Positions 1-8,340 of a stretch of 27,577 bases of DNA are shown piece by piece. This DNA comes from Thermodesulfovibrionia bacterium (GTDB taxonomy: Bacteria; Nitrospirota; Thermodesulfovibrionia; UBA6902). The stretch is from positions 1 to 27,577 of the forward strand of contig JBFKMY010000001.1 in assembly GCA_041629615.1 (NCBI GenBank). Direction: 5' to 3'. The notes beneath the pieces are model-generated. The model saw nothing but the letters and a program-made list of their open reading frames with translations, did no database searches and was not told the DNA's origin. The position numbers and the translations under genes are program-made. Positions within the stretch are counted from its first letter, which is position 1; every line of letters starts with the position of its first letter.

Positions 1-2
1 AC

Positions 3-1289
3 CTCTGCAATAACTGTTACGAAAAACTCTGCGTGAATGCCGACGGGAATGTATATCCCTGTGCGTCGCTCAATGGGGATAATAACTTTAATGCCGGTTC
101 TGTGCGCAAAAAACCTCTCAGGGACATATGGCTTCATTCAGGTGCCATGGAAAGAGGCAGGAAAAACAGTGTACAGAACAAAGTGGAATGCAGGGAATGT
201 TACCTCAAGTTTTTTTGCGGAGGAGGATGCACGTCTCACAGTTATTACGCCTCGGAGGTAGATACCGGCGCAGGTTCCGTCACAGCCCTTGATCCCTATT
301 GTTCGACATATAAGCAGATGTTTGAGGACATTATCTGGGAACTGGCTTCTGAAGGCGTTACCCCCCAATACGGAGAAGGGTATACGCCGCCCCTTGTCTA
401 TAATGCCATGGATTCAAAGCTGCCCGGACATCTTGGTGCCGGGATCAGGTCCATTGATAAGAATTTTGAAGTGGGCTGCTATCATTGCTCATGCGTATTG
501 TCCGTGGATGTTGAAGATGATGAAGAAGTATGTAAACCTGAGATTAAGGGGCATGTGACCAGGACGGTAAAAAAGAAATTTTCCAAGGCTGCATATAACC
601 CTGTTGCTGATTACTATTGCCCTACCGGATACGATCCCAAAGACCTGGCACACATCCCCAATGAAGTGCTCGACGTTTCCTACGGATGCGGGAATCCGGC
701 GGCCCTGGCTGACATTCAGGAGGGTGAAACAATTGTTGATCTGGGTGCAGGGGGCGGCATTGACTGCTTTATTGCCGCCAGGAAGCTCGGAAAGGAAGGC
801 AGGGTAATCGGCATAGACATGACCGATGAAATGCTTGAAAAGGCAAGGGACGGTGCAAAGAAAGTTGCCCTCAGTCTCGGATACGACATTGTCGAATTCA
901 GGGCCGGCAATATCATGGAATTGCCTGTTGAGAGCTGTTCCGCTGATCTGGTGATCTCAAACTGTGTTATCAATCTCACAGAGGACAAGACTAAAGTACT
1001 GGAAGAAATATATCGAATATTAAAGCCGGGAGGAAGGTTTATTATTTCAGACATTGTTTCCGATAAACCTGTCCCCGGATATTTAAAGAGAGACAAGGAG
1101 TTATGGAATGCCTGCCTGTCAGGGGCCCTCACTGACCGCCATTTTAAGGATGTTGCCGAAAATGCCGGGTTTTCCAGGGTCAATATGACCAGAAATTACC
1201 TTTATAAAAAGGTTGAATTCATAGAGTTTTATTCCATAACATTAACGGGCACAAAACCGATGAAGGTCGGCTGCGGATGCAGTGCATGA
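3..1289 (+). CDS. 5'-truncated radical SAM/SPASM protein fused to a C-terminal ArsM-like (arsenite methyltransferase-type) SAM-dependent methyltransferase
   Basis: The frame is open from base 3 (LCNNCYEKLCVNADGNVYPC), so GTG at 33 is not the true start. It has a SPASM-type CX2CX5CX3C (CRECYLKFFCGGGC) plus a distal DPYC, followed by ArsM signatures YYCP, SYGCGNP, the SAM motif VDLGAGGGIDC, VISNCVINL and WNACLSGAL. The rSAM core itself lies outside the window and is inferred from the SPASM domain. Confidence 0.85.
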   Translation, partial: LCNNCYEKLCVNADGNVYPCASLNGDNNFNAGSVRKKPLRDIWLHSGAMERGRKNSVQNKVECRECYLKFFCGGGCTSHSYYASEVDTGAGSVTALDPYCSTYKQMFEDIIWELASEGVTPQYGEGYTPPLVYNAMDSKLPGHLGAGIRSIDKNFEVGCYHCSCVLSVDVEDDEEVCKPEIKGHVTRTVKKKFSKAAYNPVADYYCPTGYDPKDLAHIPNEVLDVSYGCGNPAALADIQEGETIVDLGAGGGIDCFIAARKLGKEGRVIGIDMTDEMLEKARDGAKKVALSLGYDIVEFRAGNIMELPVESCSADLVISNCVINLTEDKTKVLEEIYRILKPGGRFIISDIVSDKPVPGYLKRDKELWNACLSGALTDRHFKDVAENAGFSRVNMTRNYLYKKVEFIEFYSITLTGTKPMKVGCGCSA

Positions 1290-1337
1290 GGTGCGGTCCC
1301 GGATGATAAACTTGAACAGGAAACGAGGTAGGAATAT

Positions 1338-2819
1338 ATGAGAGTAACACTGGTAAATGCCCAGGTTTTAGACGGCAACAATGTTGTGCCCCCTTTAGGG
1401 CTGATGTATATTGCGGCCGTATTGGAAAAGTCGGGACATCAGGTGCAGATATTTGATGCTGACCCTGAATATCAGGCCACGATGATGAAGGAGATCAAGG
1501 AATTTAATCCGGAACTGATTGGATTGAGTTTCCTGACCGTTGCGTATCAGAGGGCATTTAATCTCTGCAAGGCCTTGAAAAAGGAAATGCCTGACGCGAC
1601 ATACTGTGCAGGAGGGGTGCACACGACTGTCAAGCCCCGTGAGACCTTAAAGGAGTTCGACCTCGATTTTATCGTAGTCGGAGAAGGGGAAGATACGGTT
1701 GTTGAGGTGTGTGAGAAGCTGGGAAGGAAAGAAGGCCTTGCAGGTGTCAATGGGGTCATGTACCGTGAAAAGGATGAAATTGTTGAAAACGAGAGACGGG
1801 ACATGATCAAGGACCTGGATTCCATCCCCTTTCCTGCCAGGCACTTAATCGATATGAAACCCTACCTGAAGCCGCCGGGAATTATACGCGGATATGCTGA
1901 AAAGAACCAGACAACGATCGTCACAAGCAGGGGGTGCCCCTTTAAATGTATCTACTGCGGCAGCCATAACATATTCGGCAGAAGGACAAGAAGGCGTTCG
2001 GTGCAGAATGTTGTAGATGAGATTGAATACCTGGTGAAGGACTATGATATGAAGGGTATCTATTTCTGTGATGATACATTTACTCTCAGTTCCCGGTGGG
2101 TCAAGGAATACTGTGAAGAACTGAAGAAGAGAAATCTGAATATTAAATGGGCCTGCCAGTCAAGGGTTGACCAGACCGACAGGGAATTGATGACGAAGAT
2201 GAAAGAATCGGGGCTGGTGCAGCTTGACTTCGGTGTGGAGAGCGGCTCTGAAAAAATACTCAAGGTACTGGGCAAAGGCGGCGCAGGAGACAGGACTGCA
2301 CAGATAAAACAGTCCTTTAAACTGTGCAAGGAACTCGATATCAGGACGCTGGCAACGTTCATAATAGGCAATCCCGAGGAAACCCGTGAAGACATCGATG
2401 AAAGTTTCAAAGTGGCTAAGGAGATCGACGCTGACTACACGGCCTTTTATTTCCTGACCCCCTATCCCGGAACGGACATCTATACCATGGCCATTGAAAA
2501 CGGATGGCTGGACCCGAATATCCCCTTCTCGGAGATATGGGCGCACAGGCAGCCTGAGCTTCCCTTAATGGCCATAACCTTCGGAAAGGAAGAACTCAGG
2601 GACATACGCAGACATCTGCAGAACCAGTTCTTTGTAAAAAATTATCTCAAGGCCTCAAGCAACATCAGTTTCTACTCGATACTGTTCAGTATTATTTTCA
2701 GGCATCCCAAAGTTATTCTCGATTGTCTGGGAAAATTTATCAGGACCCGCAGGATAGACTATATTGTGGAGACCCTCAATGCAGAATACTGGCGGATGAA
2801 AAAGTACGAAGGGGCCTGA
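1338..2819 (+). CDS. Cobalamin-binding radical SAM protein (class B methyltransferase-like)
   Basis: N-terminal B12-binding-type domain (PPLGLMYIAAVL...GGVHTT...GEGE). CxxxCxxC SRGCPFKCIYC at 1935-1958, plus DDTF, GVESGS and TPYPGT motifs. Purine-rich RBS GAGGTAGGA upstream. Confidence 0.9.
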   Translation: MRVTLVNAQVLDGNNVVPPLGLMYIAAVLEKSGHQVQIFDADPEYQATMMKEIKEFNPELIGLSFLTVAYQRAFNLCKALKKEMPDATYCAGGVHTTVKPRETLKEFDLDFIVVGEGEDTVVEVCEKLGRKEGLAGVNGVMYREKDEIVENERRDMIKDLDSIPFPARHLIDMKPYLKPPGIIRGYAEKNQTTIVTSRGCPFKCIYCGSHNIFGRRTRRRSVQNVVDEIEYLVKDYDMKGIYFCDDTFTLSSRWVKEYCEELKKRNLNIKWACQSRVDQTDRELMTKMKESGLVQLDFGVESGSEKILKVLGKGGAGDRTAQIKQSFKLCKELDIRTLATFIIGNPEETREDIDESFKVAKEIDADYTAFYFLTPYPGTDIYTMAIENGWLDPNIPFSEIWAHRQPELPLMAITFGKEELRDIRRHLQNQFFVKNYLKASSNISFYSILFSIIFRHPKVILDCLGKFIRTRRIDYIVETLNAEYWRMKKYEGA

Positions 2820-2823
2820 ACAG

Positions 2824-2862
2824 AAAACAGACATAAAAAATACACATAAAGAATAAACAGAA
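2824..2862. repeat. 3 x 13-nt imperfect A-rich tandem repeat
   Basis: AAAACAGACATAA / AAAATACACATAA / AGAATAAACAGAA, with 11/13 and 10/13 identity between neighbours. Confidence 0.5.
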
Positions 2863-2888
2863 AGGGCGCTGCAGCGCCCTTTCTGTTT
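2855..2888. terminator. Bidirectional intrinsic terminator (perfect 34-bp palindrome)
   Basis: AAACAGAAAGGGCGCTG|CAGCGCCCTTTCTGTTT has a GC-rich core with A/T tracts on both sides and lies between convergent stops at 2819 and 2889. Confidence 0.85.
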
Positions 2889-3725
2889 TTACAGTCCCTG
2901 CACAGGTGTTGGTGTAAAGGTCAAAATAAAAATTGCAAGGGACAACCATCCTATATATATTCTTTTCCTGTCGAGTTGAATATGGGGATAAACAACGGGA
3001 GGATGTCTGTACCCGAGTATAATCATCAGGACCGCCCATATTAACCAGCCGGGCCAGTACAGTATTCCGAGAATGACCAGAACAGGGAGTGTCCCTTTTG
3101 ATATCCATGAATGACTTTCCCCAAAGAGAGCATACACAATATGACCCCCGTCGAGCTGTCCGATGGGCAGCAAATTGAGCGATGTCACTAAAAGGCCAAT
3201 CCATCCTGCAAAGGCAACGGGATGAAGAATAATGTCGTATTTTCCGGGATCGATATTCAGAACAATTTTCGTAAGAAAGGAAAACAGGAGTGAACTGCCG
3301 AAGGCAATCCCCCCCTCAAGTTCCCCTGTCGGCTGAACCCCGGACAATTTCAGTCCTGCGATACAGGCAATGATGGCGATGATGAATCCGCCGATGGGTC
3401 CTGATGCGCCGATATCTAAGAGTGACCGCCTGTCGGGGATCGGGGGTTTCATCTTGATGACCGCTCCGAAGGTCCCTATTATGGAGGGAGCAGGGATGAA
3501 GTAAGGGAGGGTTGCAGGTACATGATGTTTTCTTGACATTAAGTAATGTGACATTTCGTGAGTGAGAAGGATAAAAAGCAACGTTAAAGAGAATGGCAGC
3601 CCGAGATACATTTTCTCCGGTTGCTCCCACGGGATTATCCCGTTCAGCAGGGCGCCGGCGAATGTAGTTGTGAGAAAGGTCAGAATAAAAAGCAGGACAT
3701 GTATGCGGGTCAATGTATTCGGCAT
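2889..3725 (-). CDS. Site-2 protease family (M50) intramembrane metalloprotease
   Basis: HExxH (HEMSH), NLLPIGQLDGGH and multiple hydrophobic segments. The start is coupled to the upstream stop (TAG-A-ATG). Confidence 0.9.
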   Translation of the reverse strand: MPNTLTRIHVLLFILTFLTTTFAGALLNGIIPWEQPEKMYLGLPFSLTLLFILLTHEMSHYLMSRKHHVPATLPYFIPAPSIIGTFGAVIKMKPPIPDRRSLLDIGASGPIGGFIIAIIACIAGLKLSGVQPTGELEGGIAFGSSLLFSFLTKIVLNIDPGKYDIILHPVAFAGWIGLLVTSLNLLPIGQLDGGHIVYALFGESHSWISKGTLPVLVILGILYWPGWLIWAVLMIILGYRHPPVVYPHIQLDRKRIYIGWLSLAIFILTFTPTPVQGL

Positions 3726-3726
3726 T

Positions 3727-4200
3727 CTAAATTTTTTTGTATCTGGCTGCCAGATGGTGAATGATAAAGTAACTTATTATTGCTGAAATAGTACAGACAA
3801 CAAAGGAGCCGACAAAGAAGGCCTTGATAATCGGCATCATCTGTTTGACCACAGAGAGAAAATGTTCCCACTCGGACATCTTATTTATCACAGTGAGAAG
3901 CCCCAGGTTTTTCCAGTCAACGTCGGGCAGGATCTGCCTGATTCCCATCAGCTTTGCGCCAAGCCAGACGGCAAAAGAAGATATGGGCACTATCGTCCAT
4001 GGATTGTTAACGCTGATTCCGACAATGGCGACCAGCCTGTTCAGGCGAAAAAGATAGGCTAAAAAGATGCCCCCGACATAGTGGAGGCCCAGCAAGGGCG
4101 ATATGCCCATGAACACGCCGACCGCAAAGGCCAGGGCAATCCGATGGGGCGAATCCTTTACCTTTAATATGCTTTTGAATTTATCTCTGAAATAGGACAT
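3727..4200 (-). CDS. DUF2062-family membrane protein
   Basis: SPHRIALAFAVGVFMGISPLLGLH and NNPWTIVPI patterns, with hydrophobic helices. Confidence 0.8.
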   Translation of the reverse strand: MSYFRDKFKSILKVKDSPHRIALAFAVGVFMGISPLLGLHYVGGIFLAYLFRLNRLVAIVGISVNNPWTIVPISSFAVWLGAKLMGIRQILPDVDWKNLGLLTVINKMSEWEHFLSVVKQMMPIIKAFFVGSFVVCTISAIISYFIIHHLAARYKKI

Positions 4201-4209
4201 AAATTAAGC

Positions 4210-4332
4210 TGTCAGCCATCAGCTATCAGCGATCAGCAATCAGCCATCAGCAACCAGCGATCAGCAACCAGCAATTACTGAATAAAGCTAAAAACTGAAA
4301 GCTGAAAGCCGATGGCTGATGGCTGATCGCTG
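4210..4332. repeat. Bipartite heptamer repeat element: 9 tandem NATCAGC-type units, then 6-7 units in inverted orientation
   Basis: Left arm 4210-4272: TGTCAGC CATCAGC TATCAGC GATCAGC AATCAGC CATCAGC AACCAGC GATCAGC AACCAGC. Right arm 4287-4332: GCTAAAA ACTGAAA GCTGAAA GCCGATG GCTGATG GCTGATC GCTG. GCTGATG and GCTGATC are exact reverse complements of left-arm units. Confidence 0.9.
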
Positions 4333-5289
4333 TCTCTTAAAGTGTTCATACCCTTCTGCTTTAAACGGTGTTTTATTGCCTTTGCCGTCTACAATATAGC
4401 GGCCTTTTCTCATTATCTCTCCTATCCTGAATGCCTTTGTCCTGTAATCCGGCGGGGCGGTAAAGAGAAGGGCATAATCTTCACCGCCCTGTAATGCATA
4501 TATCATCGGGTCCTGATGCAGGCTTGTCGCTGTTGACGCCACTTCCCTGGATATGGGTATTTGATCGCGGTAAATGACCGCGCCTCTGCCGCTTGCATCA
4601 CATATATGGCTTAAATCCATACACAGTCCGTCGCTCACGTCTGTCATCGCTGTTATTCCGGACGTGTTTTTTACAGGAGCAGGACGAGGCATTAAATGCT
4701 TCCTTATAAGTTTGAGGCGATTTGTGGGAGGAGAGAATCTGCGGACTCTCCTGCCCCCTTTTTGTAAAATATGCAGACCCATTGCTGAATCGCCCAGAGT
4801 GGTTGAAACAAAGATCCCGTCTCCTTCCTTAGCGCCTGCTCGTGTGATGATTTTATCTGCGTGTCCTGTGAGCGTACCGCTTAAAATGAGGCCCTGTTTT
4901 GAAGAACAGGTGTCACCTCCGATAACCGCAATGTCAAACTTCCCGGCGGCACTATTTATACCGGAGTAAAGATCGCCGATACTGCCGGAATCAAAATTTC
5001 CCGGGACGCCGAGACTCACAATGAAATATTTGGGGCTGCCGCCCATGGCAAATATATCACTTATGTTGACTGCGAGAAATTTATAACCGAGCTGGTAAAA
5101 TGTGCACAGGGAAAGATCAAAGTGCACTCCTTCAATTAACATGTCGGAGGTGATAAGGATATTCCTGTCCGTGCCTTTTACCACTGCAGCATCATCGCCG
5201 ATGCCGGTGATGATATCAGATGTCAGTCCCGGGCATTTTTTCTGTAATATTTTTATAAGTCCGAATTCGCCTAATTTTGACAGTTTCAT
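4288..5289 (-). CDS. thiL: Thiamine-monophosphate kinase
   Basis: N-terminal LGEFGLI, GIGDDAA, SDMLIEGVHF, AVNISDIFAMGG, GGDT, DVSDGL, GGEDYALLFT and GYEHF. The last ~15 aa are encoded by the repeat arm. Confidence 0.95.
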   Translation of the reverse strand: MKLSKLGEFGLIKILQKKCPGLTSDIITGIGDDAAVVKGTDRNILITSDMLIEGVHFDLSLCTFYQLGYKFLAVNISDIFAMGGSPKYFIVSLGVPGNFDSGSIGDLYSGINSAAGKFDIAVIGGDTCSSKQGLILSGTLTGHADKIITRAGAKEGDGIFVSTTLGDSAMGLHILQKGGRRVRRFSPPTNRLKLIRKHLMPRPAPVKNTSGITAMTDVSDGLCMDLSHICDASGRGAVIYRDQIPISREVASTATSLHQDPMIYALQGGEDYALLFTAPPDYRTKAFRIGEIMRKGRYIVDGKGNKTPFKAEGYEHFKRQRSAISHRLSAFSF

Positions 5290-5309
5290 GATGATGTCAC
5301 TAACTAAAA

Positions 5310-5334
5310 GGATTCAAGGGGGTCCTCGAACTCT
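5310..5334. repeat. Short degenerate copy of the GGATTCAA/GGGTTCGA octamer repeat family
   Basis: GGATTCAA-GGGGGTCC-TCGAACTC shares words with the element at 20621-20724. Confidence 0.4.
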
Positions 5335-5400
5335 GTTTTAATACGGACGTATAGAGGATGTAATTATGTGACGGGATTAAATTCCGGCAATCACGCAAAA

Positions 5401-7896
5401 CTACTTTCTGCTTTTTCCCTTTTTTGCACTCTTCCTGACGCGTTGCCCGGCAGTTTTTTTAACGCGCGTCCCGGCGTTTTTTTTGCTGCCACTCCCGGAA
5501 CTCTTCGCAGCTATTTTCCTGGAGCTCGTCCGGGCACTTTTCCCGCTGTTCGTCTTAAGGGCGTTTTTTAATACTTCGTCCATCGTTTCAACAGCGATAA
5601 ACTTCATGTCCTTCTTGATATATTTAGGGATATCTTCAAGGTCTTTTTCATTCCGTTTGGGAATAATTACTGTCTTGATGCCCATCCTCTTTGCCGCAAG
5701 GGTTTTCTCCTTTAATCCGCCTATCGGCAGGACACTTCCGCGCAGAGTTACTTCGCCGGTCATTGCTATGCCCTTATGAACGGCCTTGCCGGAAAAAACA
5801 GAAGCCAGAGCGGTTGCCATGGTAATACCGGCTGACGGCCCGTCTTTGGGAATTGCACCGGCAGGGACATGAATGTGGATATCATTCTCTGAAAACATGG
5901 CGTTTTTAATACGCAGTTTTTTTGCCTTTGAACGGATATAACTTAAAGCTGCATGGGCGGACTCTTTCATTACGTCTCCGAGCTGACCTGTCAGAGTAAT
6001 GCTGCCTTTGCCTTTCATTATTGTCGCTTCAATGTAGATGATGTCTCCCCCTGCCTCTGTCCAGGCCAGTCCGGTCGAAACGCCGACCTCATCTTTTTTA
6101 ATTTCTTCCTCAGGAAGGTATTTGGGAACACCGAGATATTTTGACAGATTGTTTGATGAAATATTGTATTTTTTGACCTTGCCCTCAGCAGTCTTTCTTG
6201 CCACCTTGCGGCAGACATTGGCAATCTCACGCTCAAGGTTTCTTACGCCTGCTTCACTCGTGTAATGGGTGATGATTTGCAGCATGGCACTGTCATTTAT
6301 CTTTATATTCTTTTCGGTGATCCCGTGCGCGTCCAGTTGTTTGGGGATGAGGTAATTCCTGGCAATGCCGACCTTTTCCTCAGCTGTATACCCGGACAGG
6401 TAGAGGACTTCCATCCTGTCTCTTAAGGGAGAGGGAATGGGGTCCATTTGATTGGCCGTTGTGATAAACATTACGTTGCTTAAGTCAAAGGGGACCCCGA
6501 GGTAATGGTCTGCAAAGGCGAAATTCTGTTCAGGATCCAAAACTTCCAGCAATGCCGATGCAGGATCGCCCCTGAAATCCATGCCTATTTTGTCGACTTC
6601 ATCAAGCATGAAAACAGGGTTGTTTTTCCCCGTTGTTTTAATACCCTGAATGACCCTTCCCGGCATGGCTCCTACATAGGTACGTCTGTGCCCTCTGATC
6701 TCTGCTTCGTCTCTCATTCCACCGAGGGACATCCTGTAAAATTCCCTTCCGAGGGCCCTGGCAATTGACTTGCCGAGGGACGTCTTGCCGACGCCGGGCG
6801 GCCCTACAAAACACAGTATCGGGCCTTTCATCTTGTCCTTTAACTTACGTACCCCGAGGTACTCAAGGATACGCTCTTTGATCTTTTCAAGGTCATAGTG
6901 GTCCTCGTCGAGGACCTTTTTTGCCCGCTTGATGTCAAGTTTGTCCTTCGTGCTTATTGACCAGGGCAATTCAATGAGCCAGTCAATATAGGTCCTGATT
7001 GTACCGGCCTCCGCACTGTCCTGATGCATCTTGTCGAGACGGTTGATCTGTTTGATCGCTTCTTTCTCTACCTTTTCAGGCATCTTCGCCTCATCAATTT
7101 TCTTGCGCAGGTCCATGATCTCTTCCGTCTTTTCATCTATTTCACCAAGTTCTTTTTGTATGGCTTTGAGCTGTTCCCGGAGAAAATATTCCCGCTGGGT
7201 CTTGTCTATTTCACCCTTCACATCTGACTGGATTTTCTGTTGCACCAGAAGCAGCTCAACTTCCCTGTTTAAAATTTCGCTTATTTTATTCAGTCTCAGG
7301 ACAGGATCTGTTTCCTCGAGTAATTCCTGCGCCTGCTCCGCCTTTAACCCGAGGTTTGAGGCGACCAGGTCCGCAAGTCTCCCCGGTTCCTCTATGTTTT
7401 CAATAAGGACAATAATATCAGGCAAAAAGGACTTGCCGAGTGCCAGGGATTTGTCCACAAGTTCTTTCACGTTCCTCATAAGCGCTTCAACTTCCAGCGT
7501 TAAATCGGGCCGTTCCTGGTCAACGACTTTTTCAATTTCCCCGACAAAAAAAGGATCTGTCTGACTGTATTTGAGGACCCTTGATTTTGTGAGGCCCTGT
7601 ACAAGTATTTTAAGCCTTCCATCGGGCAGTTTCAGCATTCTGAGGATTGTACCGACAGTGCCCACGGTATACAGGTCTTCTGTTGACGGCGATTCAACGT
7701 TGAGGTCCTTCTGTGAGACAAGCAATATAAGCTTATCGCTTTCAACTGCCTTTTCAATGGCTTTTATTGAAACATCTCTTCCCACAAAGAGAGGAAGAAT
7801 CATATAGGGAAATATGACAACATCTCTCACAGGGAGAATGGGTAAACTTGCGGGGATTTCTATATCCCGATCTTCTTTTATATCAAAATCTGCCAT
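5401..7896 (-). CDS. lon: ATP-dependent Lon protease (endopeptidase La) with a basic C-terminal tail
   Basis: N-terminal [10 protein letters not shown], Walker [10 protein letters not shown], Walker B MLDEVDK, catalytic PKDGPSAG and GGLKEK. RBS AAGGAGAG. Confidence 0.97.
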   Translation of the reverse strand: MADFDIKEDRDIEIPASLPILPVRDVVIFPYMILPLFVGRDVSIKAIEKAVESDKLILLVSQKDLNVESPSTEDLYTVGTVGTILRMLKLPDGRLKILVQGLTKSRVLKYSQTDPFFVGEIEKVVDQERPDLTLEVEALMRNVKELVDKSLALGKSFLPDIIVLIENIEEPGRLADLVASNLGLKAEQAQELLEETDPVLRLNKISEILNREVELLLVQQKIQSDVKGEIDKTQREYFLREQLKAIQKELGEIDEKTEEIMDLRKKIDEAKMPEKVEKEAIKQINRLDKMHQDSAEAGTIRTYIDWLIELPWSISTKDKLDIKRAKKVLDEDHYDLEKIKERILEYLGVRKLKDKMKGPILCFVGPPGVGKTSLGKSIARALGREFYRMSLGGMRDEAEIRGHRRTYVGAMPGRVIQGIKTTGKNNPVFMLDEVDKIGMDFRGDPASALLEVLDPEQNFAFADHYLGVPFDLSNVMFITTANQMDPIPSPLRDRMEVLYLSGYTAEEKVGIARNYLIPKQLDAHGITEKNIKINDSAMLQIITHYTSEAGVRNLEREIANVCRKVARKTAEGKVKKYNISSNNLSKYLGVPKYLPEEEIKKDEVGVSTGLAWTEAGGDIIYIEATIMKGKGSITLTGQLGDVMKESAHAALSYIRSKAKKLRIKNAMFSENDIHIHVPAGAIPKDGPSAGITMATALASVFSGKAVHKGIAMTGEVTLRGSVLPIGGLKEKTLAAKRMGIKTVIIPKRNEKDLEDIPKYIKKDMKFIAVETMDEVLKNALKTNSGKSARTSSRKIAAKSSGSGSKKNAGTRVKKTAGQRVRKSAKKGKSRK

Positions 7897-7982
7897 TATC
7901 TCTCCTTTTCAAATAGTATCTTTCCTCTGAACTACATGAGAATCTGCCACACATTCAAAACCACGGATAAAAAATCAATCCT

Positions 7983-7991
7983 ATTGTACCA
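7983..7991 (-). promoter_or_regulatory. Putative extended -10 promoter for lon
   Basis: TGGTACAAT on the minus strand, with a weak -35 TTTCAA 17 nt upstream of the hexamer. Confidence 0.5.
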
Positions 7992-8340
7992 TGGAACCTG
8001 AGTTATTGAAAGAGGTTATGAAAAAAGAAAAGTTCAGCATCTTTCATCGGACTGAAGGGGGTTCATGAGAAGGAATTCACGGAAATACATTGGCAATTTC
8101 AATCACATTCAAGATGGGATTGATTTACGTGTCGACTTAAGTTTTCCGAATGATGACCCAACAAAAAACCCGAATCTGCAAGCCGTGTCCCGGAATGCAT
8201 ACAGATGCCAATCCACGAGAGTGTGAAATGCGGGGTATATGCCCTGAAGTGTTGTTAATGCATAAATACACAAGCAGTTGTATATATTTCACGATGGATT
8301 TATTAATGATATACGGGGAGCAGCCTGGTCATTTATGACG

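Noticed and set aside
1287-1331. Possible selenocysteine read-through of TGA after GCGCSA, giving U-GAVPDDKLEQETR to TAG 1331
   Set aside because: No SECIS-like hairpin can be folded downstream, and 13 open codons are easily obtained by chance. A bSECIS search and homologue alignment would settle it.
4210-4332. Repeat considered as a CRISPR array
   Set aside because: The units are 7 nt and contiguous, with no spacers and no cas genes.
5368-5410. Hairpin GTGA-CGGGAT-TAA-ATTCCG-GCAA-TCAC after the lon stop as a terminator
   Set aside because: Weak stem and no U-tract on the lon strand after it.
8150-8338. 62-aa Cys-containing ORF as a RiPP precursor or real gene
   Set aside because: No SD, no rSAM neighbour, and it overlaps another small ORF.
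7897-8340. TPP or other riboswitch upstream of lon-thiL
   Set aside because: No CTGAGA/TPP core or other aptamer consensus was recognised on either strand.
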